From IMG/VR virus record IMGVR_UViG_3300024520_000050, positions 64,001-128,000 of that record: a stretch of DNA of 64,000 nucleotides; one strand, written 5' to 3'. Source of the stretch: a virus. Both the position numbers and the translations under genes were made by a program. A model generated the notes under the pieces. The model had not been told where the DNA came from, did no database searches, and was given only the letters and a program-made list of their open reading frames with translations. This document shows positions 43,001 to 50,700 of the stretch, piece by piece (position 1 is the first letter of the stretch; each line of letters opens with the position of its first letter).

Positions 43001-46000
43001 CAAGAAGTTGTTTCTGTAACTTCTTATTCTCCTTAATATTAGTGTCAACTCTATTTAAATTCTCTTGTTGGGTAGCAATAACATCTTCCCACTTTTCTAT
43101 ATCATTATATAACTGTTGAATAGGTAATCTAAGTTCATTCAACTTAGTATCTACAAAACCAATATCTTCAGTTACATTATCAAGTAATTGTGCATAAGCT
43201 TCATACTTTACTATTTGATTCTCCCAACTATTAATACTTCTATTAATACTACTTCTTAATTTTCTGGCTTTGTTATACTCTTTATTAAGTTTAGTTATTT
43301 GACCTTTGTGATAACCTAATGATCTTTTACTACCTTCACCTTTATTAACTATAGCTTCATGCTTAATTATCTCATCTTTAATCTCTTCAAGTCTTACATC
43401 TAATTTATGACTTTTCCAAGCTTGTTCTTCTACTTGATCACCTAATTTATAAAGTTTATCTTGTAATGCTTTAGTTTCACTATCAACAATTTCTTTTTGA
43501 TCAGATGAAAATTGAGCTATAATAGATTCCATTTGTACAACTAATGGATCTGCAAAATCTGTAGATGCATTAGTCAACTCTTCACCATTTTTAAGTGCTT
43601 CAGCTTGTGCCTGTAAATATGTACGTAATTCTACTAAATCATTAAATGTATCAATGATATCTTTATTACCTTCAATTGCAGCATTACGTTCTTCTATACT
43701 ACCATTAAGTAGTTTAGTTTTCTCTTTATTTAGACTCTTAAGTCTAATCATTTTAGCAATATATGCTTTCATGTAAGTATCTCTAGCTTTAGATACTTCA
43801 TTATCTTGTGGTGTACTAGTCTTAATATTCTTCTGTAAATTATCATAACTTAATACAACAGAAGGTTGAATAGGTGTTTTAGTTGGTTCAATTTGATTAC
43901 CTGTATCAATTGATATTTTCCAACTAGCTTCTCTAAAATTAGCTAATTTTGCATTATCTTTACCTTCAATTTTAGCTACAAATTTACCTTTATATTTAGC
44001 TGCTTTACCTACAAGAACATAACCTTTACCTTTTTCTTTCCTAGTATATATATTTGTACCTTTTTGTAATTCCCATTTATGAGTAATAGGTACCATTCTA
44101 CCTCCTGGTATCTTCTGATAATAAGAACCAATTGCCATTCGTTCAATTATACCATCATCGCCCTTATCAATTTCATATGTGAGATTACGTTTGACTATAA
44201 TACTATTATCTTTCTTGTTAGTTGTAATATTATACAAGCTCATATCTTGAGGTGGTACAATATTTTTAAGTGAATTAGTTAATACAGTTAATTCACGTTG
44301 TTTTAATTCTTTCTTTTTAGTTAATTTCTCACGTTCTTTCTTGAGTGAATTTAATTTCTTAATTAAATCACGTCTACGTGTTGCTTGTTTACTAAGTAAT
44401 TTAATAGGTGTTTTAATAGAATTATCAATAGGAAGACCTAATATAGTATTAACTTTATTTAATTCTTCTATAGCCTTATTAAATGCTTTTACATCTAAAC
44501 CTTTATCAAATGAATCTTCATCTTCATACTGTTTAAGAGCAGTTGCTCTATCTTCTTTCTTTATAGTACCTAACGCATTAGTATATTTAGTTTCATCTTT
44601 ATCTAACTCATCTAATTGTTTATCAACATTTTTTATAACTTCATTGATAGGATTCATTAAAGTTTCTTGTGAAGCAGTAAAATTCTTTTTATACTGCTTG
44701 AATGCTTCTTGGCTACCCGGCTTTAATTGAGACTTGTAATAATATGAATGAATAGCCATTGATGTAAATTCTTCTTCATGTAAAGCTTCAAATTTATATT
44801 CTCCATTTACTTCATCATATACTATACGACCAGGAACATTATGGAGTCCCCAATGTATTCCACCACCTTCTTCTTGTTTTTCAAGTAAATTATTTATTTG
44901 AAACTGGAACCATCTTCGTTTAAATATTTCAAGTGCTTTATTATATTCAATTTGTCTTAACTTATCTTCACCTTCTTGACTTGCTAATTCATCAAATATA
45001 CGATCTAATTCTTTAGATTTTTCTACTGCTTTAAGCTTCTTATTATATATTTCAGTTTGCTCCTTAGATTTAAGAGGTTTAATTCCTAATGCTTCAATGC
45101 GTTTATCATATGGTACAGCAAGAGCAGCTTCACGATGTTTAACTTCCTTAGCTGCCTTATCAATTTCTTTAATCTTACTTTCTACTTCATCATGGTGTTT
45201 TTTTGCTCCTTCAGTAGTAGCCGTATTTGCTTTACTAGATTTAGTAAGTTCCAGCATTTCTGCTTGTAAACGAGCATGATCTTCTTTTAATGCCTTAAGT
45301 CTTCGATCATAAAGAAGTATTTTATTCTTTTCTTTTTCAATCTTAAATGCTTCATCATACTTAGCTTTAGTAGATACTCCATCTTCATCTATTTCAGTTA
45401 AATCTATATCTTCTGATTGAGCTTGTGTAGCTATTTCTGCATCATGTACTTTCTTAGATTTTTCTTCTAAGTTTTTAATATCTTCAGTCAAAATATCATA
45501 ACTCATTCTATTTTTAAATAAAGCACGAGCAACATTACCAGAACGTTTACTATTGTATTCCATCCAACGATCGTAGTATTCATCTACTTTAGTCATGGCT
45601 TCATCAGCACGTTCTTTATAATTTTCATCATATCCTGCTTCCATAGCTTGTTCAGGAGTAAGATTTTTCATTTCATTTAATTGAGCCATTAAATGATCTT
45701 TAGTATTACTTTCGAATGATTCCATTGCAGTACGAGCTAATGAGAATTCTAATAATTCATCCTGCTTTTTACGAAGTTCTTGTTCGTTCATATTATCGAA
45801 CTGCTCAGAAAGTTCTTTCTTTTTTGTATCTAAAGCTTTTTTACCTGCTTCAGTATCAAGATCAATTCCTCCTGAATTAACCACTTCTAATGCAGCCCAG
45901 CCTGCAACAATACTTTCTTTTTGTTCTTTATTAAGAGTTTCTTTACCATTGTCAATAACATCATTAATATCAGATATAGTTCTACCTATTTGGGCTTGAT

Positions 46001-47693
46001 ATTTTGCTGTACCTAATACACGTGCATTCTTTTCTATATTAGACTTGAATGCTTTTAATCTATCGTCTACTTCTTTAAATTCATTTGCTTCAATTTCCTT
46101 TTTAGAATAAACACTTTTTGTCATTACAGGAACAGGATTTCCTTTACTATCAAGTTTAACTTTCTGACGTGCTTCTGCAGGTTGTTTTACTTTTTCTCCT
46201 TTCTCATCTAAAGTTGTAATATTAGATTCAATCATATCTTGAACCATTTCACCATCTTCATTCTCAACCATTACATCTTCTAATTCATATACACCATCTC
46301 CTGCATAATGTTTAACAGTTCCATCAGGATAATACTCCGTACTTTTTTGTTTCTCTTGTACAGCCTTTCCAAAACGTTTAGTTTTACCACCAAATGATTT
46401 TTCCGAACCCAATCTATGAAATAGATCAGTTGCTCCAGTTTGAGCCATACCACCTGCTAATCCTAGTACAGATGCTTCTCTTATATCTTTCCATGTTGCA
46501 TCACCATATACATTACCTGTTAATAAAGGTAATCCACCTTCTATTATTCCTCTAGATTTTCTACCGCTTTCTAATGCTAATGCAGCTTCTCCTTCAGCTT
46601 GCTTTTGTGCAATTAATTCTACATTTTCTTCAGCAACTTCTTGTAATCCTTCTTTTAATCCTGAACCAAGTGTCTTATCTTTTAATGATGGTAAGAATTT
46701 TTCAGGTTTAAATCCTTTTAAATTCTTAGTGCCAGCAAGAAATCTATTAGCAGATGTCATATTCAATATAATATTAGCTCTACTTGCATTTACAGTTGTT
46801 GATGCTGCTTGTGCAGCCACTTGCTTAGCATATTCTTCTCCATAACCCATTCCTTTAGCTTTATCATAAGTACTACCATATACTTCGGTGGCACTCATAA
46901 TTGCAGCAGATTGAGTTAATGCTGTTGATGATACTAAATTACGGCCAAAGTCAGCTGCTTTCATTTCCATTCCAACTTGTGTACCTGTTCGACCCATACC
47001 ACTCTTAGTTAATCCAGTTGCAGTTTCAACACCTCTACGTGTTAAATCGTCAAGTTTATCAATTTTACGTAAACTCTTCAGCCATTTAATACCTTGCATT
47101 CCTTTTCCAATTGTACTTGCAACTCCACCTCCTTGTGCAACAAAAGATAATGCACTAGATATTAATGATGAACCATTTTCCATCCACCATGAAGCCATTC
47201 CAGGACCTAACATGCCTGCTCCTGCTTTCTGATGTATCTTATATTGATCATTAGTTTCTGCTTTCTTCTCAGCTGCCCACTTAACTACATCAGTTAATAC
47301 TCCACTATTAGGATCATAATAACCTGGTAAATCAACAATAGCAGCTGCACCACCAATAGTGTCAAAAATAGTATTCCAAAAAATTCTATTTCCTGCATTT
47401 TTAGTTTGTTCCCATCCACCTTGTTTCTCCCACAAGTTGTCTTCATTATATATTCCACCTGGAGTATATACAGCCCCTAGTCGATCAGCTTCTTCTTTAG
47501 CATCCCAATCATAAGTTGTTTGTGCAGATTGATCATATAGATTCTTATCTTGATCATATTGGTCACGATAGTAATCAAAATCATTTGTTGCTTTTTGTCT
47601 TTTTTTAACATCCTTTACTAAGGTGTTTTGATATTGTTGTTGAGCACTAGAATTATATAAATTTTCTAAATATGCTTCTTCTTCTGGATTCAT
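28020..47693 (-). CDS. Giant virion-packaged crAss-like RNA polymerase, polyprotein/fusion (6557 aa)
   Basis: Catalytic GSDYDIDK (DYDID at 32733-32747, aa 4983-4987), GFRIPNQ, EADAQAY, YKHS, STQFRK, AYVDIAADP; HELIH zincin motif at 38766-38780; long coiled-coil N-terminal half. Confidence 0.9.
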   Translation of the reverse strand: MNPEEEAYLENLYNSSAQQQYQNTLVKDVKKRQKATNDFDYYRDQYDQDKNLYDQSAQTTYDWDAKEEADRLGAVYTPGGIYNEDNLWEKQGGWEQTKNAGNRIFWNTIFDTIGGAAAIVDLPGYYDPNSGVLTDVVKWAAEKKAETNDQYKIHQKAGAGMLGPGMASWWMENGSSLISSALSFVAQGGGVASTIGKGMQGIKWLKSLRKIDKLDDLTRRGVETATGLTKSGMGRTGTQVGMEMKAADFGRNLVSSTALTQSAAIMSATEVYGSTYDKAKGMGYGEEYAKQVAAQAASTTVNASRANIILNMTSANRFLAGTKNLKGFKPEKFLPSLKDKTLGSGLKEGLQEVAEENVELIAQKQAEGEAALALESGRKSRGIIEGGLPLLTGNVYGDATWKDIREASVLGLAGGMAQTGATDLFHRLGSEKSFGGKTKRFGKAVQEKQKSTEYYPDGTVKHYAGDGVYELEDVMVENEDGEMVQDMIESNITTLDEKGEKVKQPAEARQKVKLDSKGNPVPVMTKSVYSKKEIEANEFKEVDDRLKAFKSNIEKNARVLGTAKYQAQIGRTISDINDVIDNGKETLNKEQKESIVAGWAALEVVNSGGIDLDTEAGKKALDTKKKELSEQFDNMNEQELRKKQDELLEFSLARTAMESFESNTKDHLMAQLNEMKNLTPEQAMEAGYDENYKERADEAMTKVDEYYDRWMEYNSKRSGNVARALFKNRMSYDILTEDIKNLEEKSKKVHDAEIATQAQSEDIDLTEIDEDGVSTKAKYDEAFKIEKEKNKILLYDRRLKALKEDHARLQAEMLELTKSSKANTATTEGAKKHHDEVESKIKEIDKAAKEVKHREAALAVPYDKRIEALGIKPLKSKEQTEIYNKKLKAVEKSKELDRIFDELASQEGEDKLRQIEYNKALEIFKRRWFQFQINNLLEKQEEGGGIHWGLHNVPGRIVYDEVNGEYKFEALHEEEFTSMAIHSYYYKSQLKPGSQEAFKQYKKNFTASQETLMNPINEVIKNVDKQLDELDKDETKYTNALGTIKKEDRATALKQYEDEDSFDKGLDVKAFNKAIEELNKVNTILGLPIDNSIKTPIKLLSKQATRRRDLIKKLNSLKKEREKLTKKKELKQRELTVLTNSLKNIVPPQDMSLYNITTNKKDNSIIVKRNLTYEIDKGDDGIIERMAIGSYYQKIPGGRMVPITHKWELQKGTNIYTRKEKGKGYVLVGKAAKYKGKFVAKIEGKDNAKLANFREASWKISIDTGNQIEPTKTPIQPSVVLSYDNLQKNIKTSTPQDNEVSKARDTYMKAYIAKMIRLKSLNKEKTKLLNGSIEERNAAIEGNKDIIDTFNDLVELRTYLQAQAEALKNGEELTNASTDFADPLVVQMESIIAQFSSDQKEIVDSETKALQDKLYKLGDQVEEQAWKSHKLDVRLEEIKDEIIKHEAIVNKGEGSKRSLGYHKGQITKLNKEYNKARKLRSSINRSINSWENQIVKYEAYAQLLDNVTEDIGFVDTKLNELRLPIQQLYNDIEKWEDVIATQQENLNRVDTNIKENKKLQKQLLGLLNSKQYQRNISNMSELRDAIMDKLEQIGKYKFKNDNDALQEYLDKIADILYVDGKIDADAILDIIENMAESGAISQDMGINLSIMIDELAAFNKLHDQNDKVLTKMDYASDMTLEQINSAIQFTKDSIIKDKADKEVIKAFLGDAEQKMQSVKFKVKELKDTHNGTIRLLSRIDKKLKGNQVDHYNNLTTLSDNADKIMSDHQNTHHNLFTKLNDLAEEITKLETERHELNEYKHALAENSNEFQQESELSTMNDMISYISDSIDNNSNNKLLKDIEAEIAKFTNHYETNVLELAKLDKSIKLQKELIAALKTEDPGMSPETFEKRKKIIEQFTGYEQYSDLVAKMWESDLNDLDTLTEVDIIELEDSRLGVLLDIREAQENDLRRLEDAQKSLENSKEIVTAIFNFDNPELSTTLDEAEKTTDTKEQTAYKKLDEEMGLDGNMIEGDVGKKVEELSSWTRGKITPYSTVPRHITYDKTNNVRKYTADGLPLMTQNPHDLHHMEFMNKYIDNKKDLKNNFKVEYVQLSKPGVTENDPRIVRDENDSMNKLPIVQIDPKTGEKELHNKSYVGDKEALQADIDNPGIYAVVVNNKGERVYMNKDGDLKYGLEGDKAVDYNLVFSTIPNIRKDDSTKSGFSLVMGENMIVNKLQESNYEGYTKLGQFGDTVIFGDKVYHTTNSTDKAAEPVVDLIKAVREQIMQDMQDYRKLIVDHINSGKKAFTEIGNVSEGDMLKRKPDDGKEFRSVEHLFSEDTFDGVVRSETSKGTAIIQVNGSDRTVVSGVPYIKSKDGSLTPTQSGKLTYVDPKSSVKKSSDIETVLRLITHIVPKGKGEFNKTGEFNVVGTTEKISMNLVTHGKDLSNIGLLNKVLNWGGPSKDNPVTPFMIWIKSGKIHFADKQYIKDKADGRVPNAPFFPISSLVEYLAGQKISDTHGNWGVPRLIEMLKEKRKHVHFQLVKEDVAKNEYYHPEIDATTKEIVVRKYDSYNEYMKQILKSNVLNPDELSKIGVKTSVVGKYMSLKPSLQDENGGVITADVLKVNGKTLQLGQKVMRGNIKGELTAIDGDLAFNGELLTSNNISDLKFDVVKPVIVASKKPTTLAKIVNTEIPVLKPGDKIVFANNYREDTAVSGGEVSKKPLQWHTQITAVAAKEGMIVMQEMTIADILYTDFYLVNKKGELTLIEEDQIDSAKKYFPDISTETEIISGSTLHNESRGATFGGTIKSIQDYMTIVFPHMQSQITDDNRESIEKTINTLKMNTEFLTKYLPYLTSGNAKEFGTTLSVGRNSNSKDANVFSLISDSVGGSPNVNLTFTPAENTNIASLIQIPGEAVNPNASITDPTHVKLIMSVLKLSDIGLKIKYTPHLWRNAKLANSKTGDDADTAIELALGALIRSNVTADKLAPIIAHELIHRIDVDGNKDLQGHKARLTDIRNKLVTWLATTGKDNAILNHTSEINGKPISSLAYWMFNSTSTTQGQFTDALQTSGGDVDKLMTTLGLTEKNSMNEFFANTMNSTDWQTFLNSVSVKELGMKTKRGIKNIFQEFIDIVSNILKSLNIDLIKGNVLEEVLEVGAAHFRENKVGILQDIKGDVIYSSKPTTVVTKPIITPSDEVKPGEVAPTIKVEKKAVKIDPNQPLTDQLWDKLESLSWWPEPNEFTDSISDQLSGEISDAEYKEMLSMSSDDLKAKFEEGFDEDDQYSLMGTYVITDKLNISKDDAQAHMNKEEYSQLLAGILAPTEYMKFMDELQNEPLFETHIDVMFNGKEVSQLTPTELKQGQNTFIKNLLDQSESDIDSSLDGYKDTLIMLVDTIENNFKPSKQQQMSKVNKQLTSTYHFNGIDISQVELSSIMGGMTHFLFDLFRNSEDADAFFANKLVTDEIYNSIRTKMHKYVKGMHDLIGSWERKGRPAKGRWQYANRTGGNLVVQDMIRRYLRGTKTKKADIDAQIEAINNLYNNFFLTNTKGNLDKDTAQRFNELVRMHTNQINNLGFKFSEDAIDDAMMDDEIHAVKDKAFFDNSTERNQKDSVPPAIKLLIASLSNQIKNQQKSKNNKEVYENVTSYLGLPSPNEFNDIYNLLVKKLSNTPGDRDKIMSALTEVMQAEGQYTTGSTLRSLVGKDSILRKIMNADGSANTDITLDELNILNQFIQTFSKFSPKFLLARMDREGKIKYIDANRYKTSDKILSGWEESFNDALVDKSVVTEEDKTIDVKALDPVVAKAFIGLVSDAENIYTGAHNAPNENKAKEKAFKRLRTALATVGIEIKKVNSISDINNLIMAKNGQSSIFKLLLDKDSIAQALEKNADDPFYSLFTDRTIDATMKSLAEYTADVTNQVVDNQHMSVDGKTIYAATLNHFLSIATNRINSAVADPNQDLRTEVPHLFNVFTKNSVVRNWLEEGNTTIEVGMFNGLIAQGIRDGIVNKELDSPDKWSMMISSTMQGYYTFFRAADRGTENSFVFRDSKTKAVKKLYTEAGPGTRDNAKKAYYGYLLDEINAMVQYELGVGQDLQFYGKDSRNSEKGSDFRFFSDSKISEDMKRSIKAKVKAGKSLADIKAHLDLHINDFNDGLDKFFYAKAKKVKETIREEGLLGLIPDSFKTKKQWNKVTNKPSEVFKDNASHMVFTGIPSNLLGEYIDKQSTQYFTDKDGNVDIDALNEAALTEMLYDFNMIQTGAYIEQSKLFVGDPAMYKNSDAFFKRMSMMNSTKKISVMDKVVDEVLNETNGVVLKDENGTINFESLNITELQALINNEYVLSKALDKTRRDALQALIGADKNIDDITIQPLLGFNPDYILSGERYDGTFKSMILEEVLTMSYLAKDQVADIEIKNGVITYLDKDGNSLDASKDNIEKDAAGNITNYPQVSKLRKAFSESFLEDGLSKDKIQDKVASYLKPYLKMEEADAQAYTTMAGYKEILLKAGDWKPKHQAAYNKIIQGKELSDKELFLFRVLKTQYTGPMALNESSNQSSGSKVTEVNEDTNLFVPTGYKHSVFPLIPQLIKDTNLSKLNDIMQQKGVTLAQFTTANKFGRKLKEDGKSNTLYNENGEFALNVDEVLTQTTSYQYFGVQLDQSPSMKGKITASTQFRKLILSNMIEAGVPVDYMENQIQLLKEGNAYRGLPIEQIEDAARDNWEEVKANWDNLTPEQQYEASPMYGLYKQYQDIQVELYKRPFDKLIKELELSPITHDGTENGNIVGYHIGNRTSLVNVALEMAKDRNMSDNVKNSIASLEEDSTYIEHVLAKEKVENVLFAIINSRVIKEKRKGEGSPQVASTLFEKIEKSDGTEFKREGKDGMHFSSPDLRHYERGANNITLPAHCMLALPADLIGWADEQFGINGKGGLDGLNKYLAEELHPLLDRIELEGSNEELDELATKVKSLITVIGFRIPNQALNSNEFMRVQRFLPTTAGDTIVVPTEMVAKAGSDYDIDKLNLYLMDYKKPRYLGTFWSAPEAYTFMDDTNSTIRERHDAYLDNIALVKDDEIQSFLDDMSKERAEDLDAYDEQAKAVNTSNFKTIKADFKEHKAGLEKGFKAKSKEDLKPFADASLEAFNTLNTNLILTFKKANSEYTGDFIEKTIQFKGLAVTYLNELKGQVTEDTTEDIRVLIEDPKGEIEAGVAIPLLKTIEKLEFLIETYDDIIKYTMGKDFATWIDEKVSETWSWEQDALPAIKESKGKTFEAINKEKDEVREDYRDAIKGSIRTYKQEKSQALNEDDFSKLPIVEQNGKEGLQNQMVNLHNDIMSLPYNYRQLMAPVDDTITKNQAVDIRGLNSKNGVTNLYGGTEGSTDQMFLSEERRNELTKVLIEGRNEVIESIITKDGKFIDGSDLAVDANGTVTHSGKPVDLQQVNLTDEGNLKFALAMAPIYFTKIKEWGKKDNDERANKALADIVDPSVNIDKFVYFLSGKAGVGQTAVHITHHQLAMAAGLQYNVADPRWIFPHTKLKGKAHFSAKRDSEGEWISETLSAFLNAYVDIAADPYIFDINATNRTANMVFYLLRGGAEVQWVTRFISQPIIKTYLRYQKANESMFNKIFGGEVSKKHVVERAMSDFEQFTQGVPIEYKALISTINAKADTEIDELFRTFKLDDLPNAKAAVDAVDRNADKLIKSRWNVIKRFEENKMFSTERLGEYILFDAAKREGVVMKTLSFLNDNQNIYEGLQIDILDMFLEYQRQSKDFQMMIRTTSPDTKGSQKNNDDNKIFLEEAELVDFKGRFTNLDKIKNESIVSEPTKIIEKAVMMYKELYYFEQNEKIAYAKRKLFNTIEGAGTVSSDQKSKLRSTIDNDLSTAIVMADIRGIDENGKKIINEFNPEVVFNQLFIQHKDNTYVNKDGDPAPLAEIMFELLSSKTKFSKVAKNSSVLALKELKNNAVIQELLGVSSLKAHKSYKEFIKNTELKSLAQFSTLQSRSRKIDVTTANKLRNEFIIIKEFDEKNGTNLYNDLIKLAINQSGIHHNSPITFSNLIPNEDMGVILKRAFEDFDVLSKDDQVKLLNQFEYQFLSRNTQYVPNVKTVGNDTYGYSVLASSPKAKFPFLLQNKFDSKTQTMYKVGIVGIPAIDGKGNEIMRFSNKPYDGSRGGRAVYLKMYPAVGEFVGHGRFFMGYDLSLNQNKSNHYKNFMKNELHRKYGDNAGEIALQMKELDLVITEKDNIVIDEGTITEDKLKALEKDLTVSNNFHGFVSPKKVNDYIMINRPEGLHFNFNTEKYGKISVMERKLRGDQSLFDVRFTNMSKDGYLFGPKGNTKVFKELVTVLNEAIGSDVFITVADKNKSTTGTQVLTLNTSDLSNLKQINGSNIKHAIIDALKLHGKNARSLWAFARNSATGTNKVQKSSPDFVLVNLLKIRDNLPKNIKLKKQLEKVRAERDTHSGTGNAEYFKLDTQSQDLSQMLDWNLIESLINEGYGKFIPKNLPLFTPEKPENIMEHKQQSKMVLSNAKAKEIEAKLKKAKSFNETIMLSTGLSSSIKPVTEQHSLISTKSKMTTNANDIRIAREEKAKKDPCNL

Positions 47694-47720
47694 TAATTAA
47701 TAAATTATATTTTAATTAAA

Positions 47721-50700
47721 TTACGATTTGTCTTTTTGTGAATGATCTATTGTTTCTCCTGCAGGTCTTGACTCAGTTGCCACAGATACATCTATATGCA
47801 ATCCTGTTCCCGCATCGTGATATAATGCATTCATTCCATTTTCTTTTAAAAACATATTCCCCGAATACGTATTAAAAAATCCCCATAATGCTTTCCCTAC
47901 TCTACCTGCTTCACCACTGGTTTTTATATCAACTGAATTACCTCTCATATGAGGACTTCTAGTTAATTCATCTAGTCTATTTCTATAAGCTCTTGTATTA
48001 TCTTGTAATGATCTTAATACACTTGTTAATATCATCTTATCATTAGATGATAAACCTTGGAACATTTTAAAATCAGTAGGTTTCATATTTTGTGGAATAT
48101 TGCCATTAATAATACTACTTAATAAATCATCAGTGTTTTTAATAAAAGTTTGAATTGCAGGTGTAGCTTTCATTTTACTTTGTGATCGGATATTATTTAA
48201 GTTTGTTATATCTACTAAATTCTTTGGATCTGTTAAATATTTATGACCATCAGTATCAGTATACCAAGTTTCATTAACTAACTCCTCATTAAATTTTAAT
48301 CCTAAATTTGCTTGATCTTCAATATTCATATTATCAAATGTCGTCGCATCTATTTGATAAAAACCTGTTTCATTATTTTTTGAAACCACGCCAGTAGTAG
48401 TTAAATCTTCAATTGTAGAACTGGCATTAATCTTTCCCCCAGTTACTGTAGTTCCACCTGTTAATGTTTTTTCTAACATTGAATTTAATGCATTCCTAAC
48501 AGATTGTGGAGTAGGATATTTAGTTTTATCTCGGAATATACTTCCTTTTGGAAATACATATTCTACATCTGCACCATTATCTAATTGAGTTATTTGATTA
48601 ACTAAAGATTCTGATACTTGTCTTTCTCTAGGGTATTTCTTATCTTGATATGCAAAGAAATCATCAACAGTTTCAAAAGCATGTCTACTAATTCCTTCTT
48701 CATTAATACCATAATCTACAGATCCTGCATTAGGATCTTCACCCAATGAATTACCTTTATATAATACATAATATTGTCCATTTTTAACTTGACTTTCACC
48801 TTTGCCTATGTTTGCATTAGCTTTATGTACTCTAGTTTGAGGATGATTTCCATAATTATCTATATCAGCATACAATCGTCTATTCTTTTTCAAACCATCT
48901 TTTAATTGTTTACCTGTTGTATAATATTGCATTGGTACTCCAAAGAATTTAACAGCACTATATTTATCTAATGGAGCATCATGTTCAAAGAACCATTTCT
49001 TATTGTTCTCATCAATATATTCATAATGAGCAACCATTAAGCCACCTAATTCATCTGCTTCATATCTAATTCCTTTATACGCTTTATCTAATTCTGTCTT
49101 TTCGTAATCTTGATACGACATGGTTTTACCGTCTTCTTTTAACGTTTCCCATTGTTTCTCTATCTGATTTTTTAAATGTTGCTCTTGGAAGTTTTCATCT
49201 TTACTATTTCTAAAATTTGCTGCACGTCTAGTTGTACGCTCATCACCCAACATTCCTCGAGAGCCCATTATTTGCTTTTCTTCTTTAGTTTTCTCTGCAT
49301 ATTCTGCATCTTTAGTATTCGCTGTCGAAGTTCTATATAGCGTAACTGAAGTATTTTCAATTATATCATTCATTGATTCTACTGCATCCACAAAACCTTC
49401 AATATCTCCAACTTGAGTATTAAATCTATTACTTAATTCAGTTTTATAAGTTGTTTTATAATTTTTAATAACATCTTCATTCAATATAGCATATCCATTT
49501 TTTATTGAATAACTATGAGGTGTTGCATCTCCGGCGGTACCTCGCTCATAAGGAGGATCGAAAGCTTTTGATTCAACTAAAATACTATGATATAATTTAG
49601 CATGATTTTTAGAATTAAATAAAGGGTTATTGCCTGTATATGTTTGTAAGAATTTAGTTAACTCCGGATCTTTATCAATTTCATCTTTTAATGGTGCGCT
49701 TAAACCATATCTCAATCCTTGATGTTTTCGATCTACCCCAACCTCATGAGGACCTAAATCTGAACTTTTATATTCGCCTTTTACTATTTTTTCTCGATGA
49801 TTAGCCCATATAGTTTTTAATTTAAGTATGTGATTTTTACTTTCCTCTTCAGTAAATAATAAATCACCATTACCATCTTTTGTTAAATTAGCATCATTTT
49901 CGGCAATCATATTATCAATAAGAGAAGTTAAACCGATTACTTCAGATGCTTTTTTAGTAGATTCAATTACGTTAGTTTTAAATTTACTTGATTCTTCCCC
50001 TTCTGTTCCTTCAATTATTTCTTCAACAGTTTCAATACCAAATCCAAATTGTTGACCTATCGCTACAAAATTCTCTTTTAATATTTTAGCATGTTCATTA
50101 TTAAGAAGTACTTTTTTAGTAATACCATCAAATTTGGCTGCTTTGCGTGCTTGTAATTTTTTAGCATTTTCTATTTTAGATTGAATCTTTAATAGCTTAG
50201 CTTCATATAATATTTTAGTTGCTCCACCTGGATTGACGTCAGCTAATTTTTTAGTATACAATTCTTCTAAATTGTATAATAATGGATTAATAGTAATCTC
50301 ACCATCATATCTATTTACACTAAATGTAGATAAACTCTTATCGCCCTTACTTCCATCTCCAGCCACAGTAGCTGACCACGCTAAATCATTTTTCATTACA
50401 TCTTCTAATCCTTCTGATGCTGTTACAAGTTCACTTCTTAAAAATAAATCATCTCCTAATTGCTCTACTAAAGTTTCAGCACTTTTCGTTTCAAATGTAG
50501 GATTGCCATTTTCATCAGGCTCACCAGGAAGTTTAATCATACCATCTTTAGCATCAAAATTTTCATAATTAGCCGTTGTTGTATTCTCCCAACCTTTAGT
50601 TTTATCATTTTTCTTAAAGAATATAACAGCTGAATTAGATTTATAATCTTCTCCTACTGCACCTAAACTTTGTAATTCACCTTCACCTTCAGGAATGTCA

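Noticed and set aside
28020-47693. Intein or intron inflating the RNAP gene
   Set aside because: I recognised no Hint or LAGLIDADG blocks or HN-C/S/T junction, and the frame is uninterrupted.
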